Of a stretch of 32,000 bases of DNA, positions 16,003 through 23,796 are shown piece after piece; positions within the stretch are counted from its first letter, which is position 1; the number at the start of each line of letters is the position of its first letter. The DNA lies in assembly GCF_001564455.1 (NCBI RefSeq), contig NZ_CP011391.1, positions 1,950,001-1,982,000 on the forward strand, read 5' to 3'. This DNA is from Faecalibaculum rodentium (lineage in GTDB: Bacteria; Bacillota_I; Bacilli_A; Erysipelotrichales; Erysipelotrichaceae). A program made the position numbers and the translations under genes. Below the pieces are notes generated by a model. It worked only from the letters and a program-made list of their open reading frames with translations. It was not told the DNA's origin and did not search any database.

Positions 16003-16236
16003 ATATACTCCTTCCATCTTCCGATAGTTTTGATTATATCATGTCGGCAGGGCGGAGAGTATCCTGTCAGGCGGGTTTATTGTACTAAATAATACAATAC
16101 AACCGTCCATCCTGCCTGGCAGGGAAACCCTGACAGGTCAGGCCGGAGGTTGTGAGGGGTGGTGGACTGCTGAAATGACGAGCCGGAAATGCCAGACAGA
16201 GAAGGCCATCAGACAGGCCTTCTTTGTTTCAGGCAG

Positions 16237-17004
16237 TCAGTTTGGTTCCGGCGTTCTTTCCGGTACACCCCGCCAGGAAGACAGTTCCACATCCGGTCTG
16301 TCGAGAAACGCACCGAAAGTCTCTGATAACAGGTTGGCGGCATCGGCCTCCCTGCCTTTGCACAGGCTGGAGAGAGCTGCAAGGTCCGCATCGGCTCTGC
16401 CCGGATGCAGGGCCAGTTCCACCCACCCGGCGTCCCCGGCCTGTCCGGCCAGTTTCTGTACAAAGTCCTCCGGAGATTGCAGGCAGTCATCCGACGAGCC
16501 CGCCAGGCAGAGTCTGGGCAGCACAAAGGGGACGGGTCCGTTTTCTTCCGGCGCCATGAACATCCGCAGCGGGATGTGGTATTTTCCGGAGAGCCGTTCC
16601 ATGATGGCTGCTGCCCCGGGGATCCGCTCGATGCCATGATGGGAATCCAGGTGTTCCGGCTTCTTCCCGGTGAGTTCCACGAACCGGTCAAACTGCGCCT
16701 GGATCTCGGTTTCCATCTCCTGCAGATCAATCGCCTGACCGCCAGCCCAGATGGATTTGTCAAAGGTCCCGTCTTCCTTCATCAGCGAAGCCGGTCGTGT
16801 CAGCGGCCTGCCTGCGGTCAGGCAGACATGCAGGCCCACACTCAGCCCCGGGTTTTGCTTCCACAGTCCGGCTGCTTCTTCAGCAGCGGGCATGTTCGTC
16901 ATCAGCGAGCAGGAAGTCAGCCTTCCCTTGCGGTAACAGTCGATGATGGTTTCATTGCAGGCGGGGGTGATTCCGAAGTCATCCCCGTTTATGATCAGCT
17001 TCAT
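16237..17004 (-). CDS. YdjC/ChbG-family carbohydrate deacetylase
   Basis: 255 aa. N-terminus MKLIINGDDFGITPACNETII..SCSLM...GLHVCLT is typical of the YdjC family. The start is 10 nt downstream of the luxS stop. Confidence 0.85.
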   Translation of the reverse strand: MKLIINGDDFGITPACNETIIDCYRKGRLTSCSLMTNMPAAEEAAGLWKQNPGLSVGLHVCLTAGRPLTRPASLMKEDGTFDKSIWAGGQAIDLQEMETEIQAQFDRFVELTGKKPEHLDSHHGIERIPGAAAIMERLSGKYHIPLRMFMAPEENGPVPFVLPRLCLAGSSDDCLQSPEDFVQKLAGQAGDAGWVELALHPGRADADLAALSSLCKGREADAANLLSETFGAFLDRPDVELSSWRGVPERTPEPN

Positions 17005-17013
17005 TCCGCGCGC

Positions 17014-17490
17014 CTACACCAGTCTGCGCTCGAAGGCATCCGACGAAATGCCCTTTTCCAGAATCTCGCCCGCCCAGGCTTTCGCGCCGGTCAGGGAGTG
17101 ATCCTTGTAATTGCCGCACTCTTCGGCCCGGGTGCCCGGTACATCCTCCCATTCGGTTTCCAGCACCTGCTCCAGGGCATTCTTCAGGGCCTTTGCCGCC
17201 TGTTCCGGATCGCCATGGCCCCATGTCAGGAGATGGAACCCCGTGCGGCAGCCATAGGGGGAACAGTCAATGTAGCCCTCCAGCTGCGGACGCAGGTAGA
17301 GCGCCAGCAGGTGCTCCAGGGTGTGGATGGCACCCGTGGGGATCTCCTGCACATTGGGCTGTGTCAGCCGGACATCATAATTGGAAATCACGTCTCCGGC
17401 AGGACCGGTCTGTTCGCTGATGAGCCGCACATACGGGGCCTTCACCTTTGAATGGTCCAGGGTAAAGCTCTCGATGGTTGTATCGTTCAT
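17014..17490 (-). CDS. luxS: S-ribosylhomocysteine lyase (AI-2 synthase)
   Basis: 158 aa from the ATG at 17490. [15 protein letters not shown], metal-binding HTLEHL, CRTGFH. The upstream part of the ORF-track ORF (to 17565) has no support. Confidence 0.93.
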   Translation of the reverse strand: MNDTTIESFTLDHSKVKAPYVRLISEQTGPAGDVISNYDVRLTQPNVQEIPTGAIHTLEHLLALYLRPQLEGYIDCSPYGCRTGFHLLTWGHGDPEQAAKALKNALEQVLETEWEDVPGTRAEECGNYKDHSLTGAKAWAGEILEKGISSDAFERRLV

Positions 17491-17570
17491 ATCACTGTTG
17501 CCTTTCCGACACCGTCCGCTCCCGGTGTCCTTCTTATCTATAAAGGAATCGCTTCGCCTCGGCACAGCCG

Positions 17571-18635
17571 TCAGTCCTGTGTGTTTTCACTGACCCGCTC
17601 CCTGCCGATGATCCCCTCAGCCAGCAGCCTGCAGGCGGCTTTGTACAGAGGCTGGAAGGCGGTGGGAACCGCCATGCCGGCTTCGATTTCCTCCGGCGTA
17701 TACATCTGGGCCATGGCCCCTTGTTCGACAGGAACCAGCCAGCCGGCGATATGCCAGATCTTGTGGGTGAAAACATGGTCGTATCGCGGCAGCGGATGGA
17801 TCCCGGTTGTGTCTTTGGAAACTTCGCCTTCAGGAAAGCCATATAGTCCGGCCAAAAGGCCCTTTGCGGGGCGCTTTTCCAGGTGCATCCTGTACCCGTC
17901 TGTATAGATCAGGAAGGTTTTCTCCTCCTCTGTTTTCCGCTTCTTTTCCGGCAGGACCGGCAGTGATGCCGGATCCTTTGCCAGACACCACTGATTCACC
18001 GGACAGCCCGCACAGTCCGGCGTTCCCGGGGTGCATACCAGAGCCCCGAGTTCCATGATGGCCTGGTTGAACTCTCCATACGGTTCGATCATGGCATCCA
18101 GGACCCGGGCCTCGATTTCCCGCTTCACCGCCGGTTTCGTGACATCCTCCCGGATATCATACAGTCTTGCGAACACCCGCAGCACATTCCCGTCCACCGC
18201 AGCGGCTTTTTCGCCAAAGGAAATTGAGGCGATGGCCCCCGCGGTATAAGGACCGATTCCCGGCAGTGTCTGCAGTTCCTTCTTTGACCGGGGCATTCTT
18301 TCCCGTGCCACGATCTGCGCAGCCTTCTGCAGATTCCGCACCCGGGAATAATATCCAAGTCCCTGCCAGGCCCTGTGGAGCGTGTCTTCATCCGCAGCCG
18401 CAAGGTCCTGCACCGTGGGAAACAGCGTCATGAACCGGTCATAGTACTGCACCATGGCCTCAATGCGGGTCTGCTGGGCCATGATCTCCGACACCCATAT
18501 GTGGTACGGCTCTCGATCCCGTCGAAATGGCAGATCCCGGTGATGGGCCTGGTACCAGTCCATCAAAGGCCGTGCAAACCCCGGTGCCGGATTGACGGTT
18601 TCCGGATCTGCATTCATGCTTCGTTCTGTCTCCAT
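17571..18635 (-). CDS. mutY: A/G-specific adenine DNA glycosylase
   Basis: 354 aa from the ATG at 18635 (RBS AAGGAGGG). [13 protein letters not shown], Hh[16 protein letters not shown], 4Fe-4S cluster [18 protein letters not shown]-terminal NUDIX-like domain. Confidence 0.9.
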   Translation of the reverse strand: METERSMNADPETVNPAPGFARPLMDWYQAHHRDLPFRRDREPYHIWVSEIMAQQTRIEAMVQYYDRFMTLFPTVQDLAAADEDTLHRAWQGLGYYSRVRNLQKAAQIVARERMPRSKKELQTLPGIGPYTAGAIASISFGEKAAAVDGNVLRVFARLYDIREDVTKPAVKREIEARVLDAMIEPYGEFNQAIMELGALVCTPGTPDCAGCPVNQWCLAKDPASLPVLPEKKRKTEEEKTFLIYTDGYRMHLEKRPAKGLLAGLYGFPEGEVSKDTTGIHPLPRYDHVFTHKIWHIAGWLVPVEQGAMAQMYTPEEIEAGMAVPTAFQPLYKAACRLLAEGIIGRERVSENTQD

Positions 18636-18754
18636 GCAGTCCCTCCTTTGTTTTTGGTGCCTGCTGTCACCTTCGGGCTTGCCTCTGCAGCCACAGGCCC
18701 TGTATGCCAGCATCGGCACAGCCCAGTATACACAGCTTCTCACAATCGGGTGAA

Positions 18755-18792
18755 AGAAAAAACGGGAACACCGGATTTCCGGCTTCCCGTTC
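18755..18792 (-). terminator. Intrinsic terminator after manA
   Basis: Minus-strand AACGGGAAGCCGGAAATCCGGTGTTCCCGTT followed by TTTTTCTTTC. Confidence 0.75.
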
Positions 18793-18856
18793 TCTTCATG
18801 CGTCTGTGCCGGCCTGTCTTGCAGGCGGTCACGGGAATCAGAGGATCTGTTTCTGC

Positions 18857-19819
18857 TTATACCCGTGTATAGATATAGGCGCAGTTGCCCACGATATCAA
18901 CCTTGCCGCTGCCTGCGTCGATGAAAATCGAGTCGCCTTTGTTGGCATGCAGCTCGGTGCCGTCATTGGAGATGATCGCATCGCCTTCGATCATGATGAT
19001 CGAGCCGAAGCTTTCGTCATCCTGGTCAATGGTCACCTTGCCATGCACTTCCGTCACGAAGGTCGTGAAGTAGTTGCAGGTTGCCAGCATTTCGGTTGAA
19101 GCCTGGCCGTTGTCCACCTTCTCGCCGATGGGCTTGAAATCGGATTCGATGGGATCGAAAATCGACACATCCAGGGCCTTGTCAACGTGCAGCTCTCTGG
19201 GTTTGCCGTCCTTGCCCACCCGTCCGAAGTCATAGACACGGTAGGTGGTGTTGGAGTTCTGCTGGATTTCGCAGATCTGGATGCCGGCGCCAATGGCATG
19301 GATCGTGCCGGACTTGATGAAGAACACATCGCCTTTGTGGACCGGAACCGCCCGAAGCAGGTCGAGAACCGTGCCGTCTTCGATGGCCTTCCGGAATTCC
19401 TCCCGGTCAGTGTGGCGCTTTACGCCGAAATACAGGAAGGCGCCGGGTTCGGCATCCAGGATGTACCACATTTCGGTTTTTCCGGGCTCACCCTCCACAC
19501 GCCAGGCATATTCGTCATCCGGGTGCACCTGAATCGACAGCGGCTGCTTTGCGTCGATGAGCTTGATCAGCACAGGGAACCGGTTCATGTCTTTGCAGTC
19601 TGTGCCCAGCACCTGCCAGCCTTTGTCTTCAATGTACTGAGAGAGTGTCTTTCCGGCGTCATCGCCTGTCACGACTTCGCTCTGTCCGTCCTTGTGTGTG
19701 GACAGTTCCCAGCTCTCGGCCAGGGGATCCATGTCGGTTTTTTTATTGTAGAGTTCTTTCAGCTTGGTCCCGCCCCAGATGTAATCCTTGAACGCGGGGT
19801 GCAGTTTCACAATCGCCAT
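18857..19819 (-). CDS. manA: Mannose-6-phosphate isomerase, class I
   Basis: 320 aa. KDYIWGGTKL, LSIQVHPDD, cupin-type PMI signature, Firmicute-type short PMI. Confidence 0.9.
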   Translation of the reverse strand: MAIVKLHPAFKDYIWGGTKLKELYNKKTDMDPLAESWELSTHKDGQSEVVTGDDAGKTLSQYIEDKGWQVLGTDCKDMNRFPVLIKLIDAKQPLSIQVHPDDEYAWRVEGEPGKTEMWYILDAEPGAFLYFGVKRHTDREEFRKAIEDGTVLDLLRAVPVHKGDVFFIKSGTIHAIGAGIQICEIQQNSNTTYRVYDFGRVGKDGKPRELHVDKALDVSIFDPIESDFKPIGEKVDNGQASTEMLATCNYFTTFVTEVHGKVTIDQDDESFGSIIMIEGDAIISNDGTELHANKGDSIFIDAGSGKVDIVGNCAYIYTRV

Positions 19820-20011
19820 TTTTGAAGTACCTCGTTTCTGTCCTCATTATAGAACACAGGGCTCGGAAAGCGAGCCTGTGATGGTTGAATATACGTATTT
19901 TTTTATATGTATGCACATATATCAGACAAAGGCAGCGGGCTTCCGTCCTGAAACCCGTGGATTTACAGGTCCCGGGACCATTTGGCCGGCATCGGCATCA
20001 CTGATCAGGAG

Positions 20012-20041
20012 AAAAAAGCCTGCATGCGACAGACTGCAGGC
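20012..20041 (-). terminator. Intrinsic terminator directly after the 7TM/H-box gene
   Basis: Minus-strand GCCTGCA-GTCTGTCGCA-TGCAGGC followed by TTTTTTCTCC. The stem begins 12 nt after the TGA stop at 20055..20053. Confidence 0.7.
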
Positions 20042-20052
20042 AGGCGGATTTG

Positions 20053-20883
20053 TCAGGGAAGATCATCTGCGGAGCGGCTGTTTTGCGTCAGCCGCTCATG
20101 TTCCAGGGCGTTGATCAGATCGTGGCGGAACCGGCGCAGTTCCTGCCGGCTCAGATCGGGCTTGAGCAGCGCCTGCAGCTGCTTGCGGTATTCCTGCCGT
20201 ATGATCTGTCCGGCTCTGATGTCTGTCTGTCTTTGCATATATCGATGGAGAGAAACGGCAAACCACACATCGAAAGCCGCCAGCATGACCGTCATGAGTA
20301 CATACTGCTGCCAGGTCGCGGCATAACCACGGGGATAAGACAGACTGATGCAGTAGAAAGCCAGGATGGAAAGACTGGCCAGCAAAGACGTGAGGTACAG
20401 AAACAGTGTCTGACTGGGGCTCGAAGAGCGGACTTTTTTCAGGATCAGTCCGTAGATCAGCGCCATGATCCATGTGGCGAGCAGCTGTGCCAGTCCCAGA
20501 AGCCAGTGAGTCTGACCAAACAGCACATAAATGTCCTGGGAGAAAATGAACTGCATGTTCAGCAGATGGATCAGAATGTGAACCGGGATTTCACACAGCG
20601 GCAGCGGAAGCCAGTACAGGACAAAGCCGAGCAGCCGCTGCTTCAGGCTCAGTTCCGGGTTCATGACCCGAAACAGCAGCAGCAGAGCGATGCAGTTCAG
20701 GATATTTTTCAGCAGCGCCCAGTCCAGGGGACAGATGGCATCCAGCGGATACAGGATGAACAGAAAAAACCCGGCATATATCAGAAAGCCCCGACGTCCG
20801 GCATCGAAATACAGGCTCAGAAACCAGGACTGCACCAGGCACTGCAGGACCAGAACCAGCAGATGAAGCCAGTTGATGGTCAT
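20053..20883 (-). CDS. Polytopic (~7 TM) AgrC-like sensor module ending in a canonical H-box, with no ATPase domain
   Basis: 276 aa from the ATG at 20883 (RBS GAGGA). ATGA overlap with the upstream kinase gene. Seven hydrophobic segments are followed by ..LSRQELRRFRHDLINALEHERLTQNSRSADDLP-stop. RFRHDxxN is the HPK10/AgrC-type phospho-His box. The protein stops 20 aa after the His. Confidence 0.75.
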   Translation of the reverse strand: MTINWLHLLVLVLQCLVQSWFLSLYFDAGRRGFLIYAGFFLFILYPLDAICPLDWALLKNILNCIALLLLFRVMNPELSLKQRLLGFVLYWLPLPLCEIPVHILIHLLNMQFIFSQDIYVLFGQTHWLLGLAQLLATWIMALIYGLILKKVRSSSPSQTLFLYLTSLLASLSILAFYCISLSYPRGYAATWQQYVLMTVMLAAFDVWFAVSLHRYMQRQTDIRAGQIIRQEYRKQLQALLKPDLSRQELRRFRHDLINALEHERLTQNSRSADDLP

Positions 20884-21668
20884 GCTTCTTCCTCGAGCCA
20901 GAGAGTGGCAGTGAACCGGCACCGGCCGTTTTCCATGACACCCTTTAGCTGGCCTCCCTGCTGTGTGCAGAGATCTTCCAGGATCTGCAGTCCGTGTCCG
21001 TGACCAGGCCTGTTTTTGCTGGACAGACCGGGGGTGATGGCGGCGTTGTCAGAAACGGAGTTTTCGCAAATGCAGACCAGACAGTTGCGCCGCAGTCCGG
21101 CTTCCAGAGACACAAACCGGCGCTCCGACGGACACTGCGAGGCAGCCAGGATGGCATTGTCCAGCAGGTTTGTGAGCAGGCTCAAAAGAATGGCCGAATC
21201 CAGCGGCAGGTCTGCCGGAAGCGAGACCTGAAAATGACTGCGGATGTTCTGTTCTTTCATTTCTCTGGACTTCCTGAACAGGATGGCATCCGCCACCGGG
21301 TTGTCACAGCGGCTGACATACAGATCCGGAAAGTCCTCCTCCAGGTCCTGGATGACTGACGGGTGTTTCCGGATACGGAACCGTATGGCTTCGATTTCCT
21401 GACCGGTCTGCACCATCGCCGCGAGCTGCTCGAGCTCCATGTCCTTCAGTGTTTCCAGTGCCTGGGCCGATGCATCCCGGCGGATCATGGCCATGAGAGA
21501 CTTCATGAGCAGAAGACAGAGGAAGGCGCTGATTGCAAACAGGCCCAGGATGGCCACCTGTGCCTGTTCATAGCTCCAGCTGCGAAACAGAAATGGCGAA
21601 GCGCCGACCATGAGCGCTTCAGACACGAAAAACAGAATCATGTAAATCAGCGGCCTGCCCTTCAGCAC
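20880..21668 (-). CDS. GHKL-type (AgrC/HATPase_c_5-like) sensor kinase with only 2 TM and a degenerate H-box
   Basis: 262 aa. GTG start at 21668 with RBS GGGAGGAA. Two N-terminal TM segments. N-box LLTNLLDNAI, G-box GHGHGLQIL. At the position aligned to RFRHD it reads IRFRIRKH, so Ile replaces the canonical His. Confidence 0.8.
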   Translation of the reverse strand: MLKGRPLIYMILFFVSEALMVGASPFLFRSWSYEQAQVAILGLFAISAFLCLLLMKSLMAMIRRDASAQALETLKDMELEQLAAMVQTGQEIEAIRFRIRKHPSVIQDLEEDFPDLYVSRCDNPVADAILFRKSREMKEQNIRSHFQVSLPADLPLDSAILLSLLTNLLDNAILAASQCPSERRFVSLEAGLRRNCLVCICENSVSDNAAITPGLSSKNRPGHGHGLQILEDLCTQQGGQLKGVMENGRCRFTATLWLEEEA

Positions 21669-22396
21669 AATGATTCCTCCCGGAGCAGGAACCGGCTGTA
21701 GGACTGGCGGATTTCAGCCTGATGAGCTCTGGAGACCGGAATGCGCAGTCCGTTGGCAAGTTCGAATTCTGTGCCGTAGAAGGCAGCGGTCATGGAGTAA
21801 TTCACCACATAGCTGCGGTGACACTGCACAAAGCTGTCCGGCAGCTGTTCGAGCAGAGTGCGCAGATCTTCTCTGGCTTTCAGCACCCGGTTCCGGCAGG
21901 TGATGAACGTCCAGCGCCGGACCCGTTCCATGCACAGGATGGACGAAGGCTCCACCCGGTAGATGGCCGTTCCATCGTGGATCACCAGTGGTTTGGGCTG
22001 GTCCTGCAGCTGGCGCAGCGCCCTGGACAACGCGGCTTTCAGCCGCTGTTCCTTCTGCGGCTTGTATATGAAGTAGCAGTGTTCCACATCATAGACCTCA
22101 CAGGATTTTTCCAGGTAGGCGCTCATGAATATCACCGGCGACCCGGGGTCCAGGCGGTGAATGTATCTGGCCAGATCAATGCCGTCTTCCCCGTTGTCCA
22201 GGACAATGTCCATGAGAAATATCCGCTTCGTGCCGGCTGTCTGCGGCCCCTGCAGGAGCCGCTGCAGTTCCAGGGATCCTGTGACAGGACGAATGACCAG
22301 CTCCGGTGCCAGCTGCGAAAGGATCCGGATCATGTCTTCCCTCTGCAGCGGATCGTTTTCGCAGAGGACCAGCTCATATTGCTTCTTGTCTTCCAT
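21662..22396 (-). CDS. LytTR-family response regulator
   Basis: 244 aa from the ATG at 22396. Receiver domain (LVLCENDP .. IFLMDIVL .. MSAY) plus C-terminal LytTR DNA-binding domain (..FVQCHRSYVVN..). First gene of a three-gene operon. Confidence 0.88.
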   Translation of the reverse strand: MEDKKQYELVLCENDPLQREDMIRILSQLAPELVIRPVTGSLELQRLLQGPQTAGTKRIFLMDIVLDNGEDGIDLARYIHRLDPGSPVIFMSAYLEKSCEVYDVEHCYFIYKPQKEQRLKAALSRALRQLQDQPKPLVIHDGTAIYRVEPSSILCMERVRRWTFITCRNRVLKAREDLRTLLEQLPDSFVQCHRSYVVNYSMTAAFYGTEFELANGLRIPVSRAHQAEIRQSYSRFLLREESLC

Positions 22397-22646
22397 GCTT
22401 CCCTTTCCTGCAGAACCTTCCGGCAGCCGCATGCCTGGACAGCATGCAGGGAGTTGGATAGAGCCATTGGTCCTGCCAATGGGACCATTATACTGACTGC
22501 CTGCCGGATAAAACAGTCTGTTTTAATTCATTCATGGTGATGCTGCTGGTTTTGGGCAGATGATCCGCCGGCTCCGGCCAGGACGAAAACCTCTGACTGG
22601 CCTACAGGCAGGCACCGCTTTTTACCTCACGCCAGTTTGCCGGAAG

Positions 22647-22670
22647 CTGCAGACCGTTCTGCGGTTTTTT
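22647..22670 (+). terminator. Orphan plus-strand intrinsic terminator in the divergent intergenic region
   Basis: CTGCAGA-CCGT-TCTGCGG (7 bp including one G-U) followed by TTTTTT (22665-22670). No plus-strand CDS lies upstream of it. Confidence 0.45.
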
Positions 22671-22832
22671 CGTACTCTCTGGCACCACTTGACACATGCC
22701 GGCATCGGCGGAATCCTGCCATAACTTTATGATTCCAAAGAATCATACGTTTATTTTCAACATATCCCCCGATTCGTCGAATTTCTTTGCAAAATCGTTC
22801 TGATAATCAGAAAATGACAGAGGAAGAAAGCG

Positions 22833-23795
22833 GTGAATTGGACTATGAAGAATCTGAAGGGAAACCTGCGGTTCTGGCTGGTCATGATGGCGGTCTTTGC
22901 CCTGGGATCTCTGGTGTTCACAGCGGGAATCATCCGGCGAGAACATCTTGTGTTCGGGGCCACGTACATGACCATGAACAACCCGTTTTATCAGGTCATC
23001 AACACGGAACTGCGTAAGGCTGTCACAGAACACGGTGACAGTCTGGTGGTTCGCGATCCCCTCATGAATGCCGACCGGCAGATTGAACAGGTGGAGCAGT
23101 TTATAGCCGATGACGTGGACGGGATTTTTGTGAATCCCGTGGACTCCGTATCGCTGGGTCCGGTCCTGCGCCGGGCACAGAAGGCGGGGATCCCGGTGAT
23201 TGCCGTGGATTCCACGCTCAAGGATGACTCCATGCTGCTGTCGACGGTGATTTCGGACAACTACGATGCAGGCAGGCAGTGTGGCCAGGACCTGCTGGAG
23301 AAAACCGATTCCGCCAGGATCTGGCTCCTGCGGCATTCTGAAGCGGTCTCCGCGAGTGACAGGATCCGCGGATTTCTCTCAGTGGTGGAATCCGTCCCGG
23401 GGTATACAGTGATCGGGGAAGCCGAATGCGAGGGACAGCTCGAACAGGCCATGCCGGCCATGGAGGAACTCATTCGTCTGCACCCGGACGGATCGGTCGT
23501 GATGGCCCTCAACGACCCCTCGGCTCTTGGAGCCATCGCAGCCCTCGAGGAAGCGGGACTGAATTCCGTTCTGGTGTACGGCATTGACGGCACGCCGGAC
23601 ATGAAGAGCCGGATCGCAGTCCATCCCAGTCAGTTCGCGACAGTGGCGCAATCCCCAATCTCCATCGGTTCCATTGCGGCAAGCACGATGTATGAGCATC
23701 TGTCCGGAAAACGCGTGCCTCATTACATCCCTGTGGAAGTGTCCCTGATTGACGGGAAAACCATCGGCGGGTATTCCCTGACGGAGTGGCAGTGA
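22833..23795 (+). CDS. Membrane-anchored periplasmic-binding-protein (PBP type 1, ribose/sugar-binding-like) sensor component
   Basis: 320 aa. N-terminal uncleaved-looking TM anchor (FWLVMMAVFALGSLVFTAG), then a Peripla_BP-like fold (NNPFY..VDGIFVNPVDS..GIPVIAVDS..). The start may be the GTG at 22833 or the ATG at 22845. Its stop is 1 nt before the kinase start. Confidence 0.85.
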   Translation: MNWTMKNLKGNLRFWLVMMAVFALGSLVFTAGIIRREHLVFGATYMTMNNPFYQVINTELRKAVTEHGDSLVVRDPLMNADRQIEQVEQFIADDVDGIFVNPVDSVSLGPVLRRAQKAGIPVIAVDSTLKDDSMLLSTVISDNYDAGRQCGQDLLEKTDSARIWLLRHSEAVSASDRIRGFLSVVESVPGYTVIGEAECEGQLEQAMPAMEELIRLHPDGSVVMALNDPSALGAIAALEEAGLNSVLVYGIDGTPDMKSRIAVHPSQFATVAQSPISIGSIAASTMYEHLSGKRVPHYIPVEVSLIDGKTIGGYSLTEWQ

Positions 23796-23796
23796 C

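Noticed and set aside
13564-16092. 842-aa plus-strand ORF opposite secA
   Set aside because: Mirror-frame shadow of secA. No recognisable motifs and a biased composition (V/H/G/L/Q runs). secA on the other strand is unambiguous.
16200-16224. Hairpin GAAGGCC-atcagac-AGGCCTTC just downstream of ydjC, considered as its terminator
   Set aside because: The T-run lies on the plus-strand side, the wrong side for the minus-strand ydjC transcript. It is possibly a weak or bidirectional element, but the evidence is ambiguous.
22696-22803. 35-codon plus-strand ORF (MPASAESCHNFMIPKNHTFIFNISPDSSNFFAKSF) upstream of the sensor operon, considered as a signalling-peptide precursor. A 14-codon minus-strand ORF (MNELKQTVLSGRQSV) near 22480-22527 was considered too.
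   Set aside because: Neither has a Shine-Dalgarno sequence or a leader-peptide-like organisation, and the sequences do not resemble AgrD or ComC-type precursors. They were kept out of the feature list.
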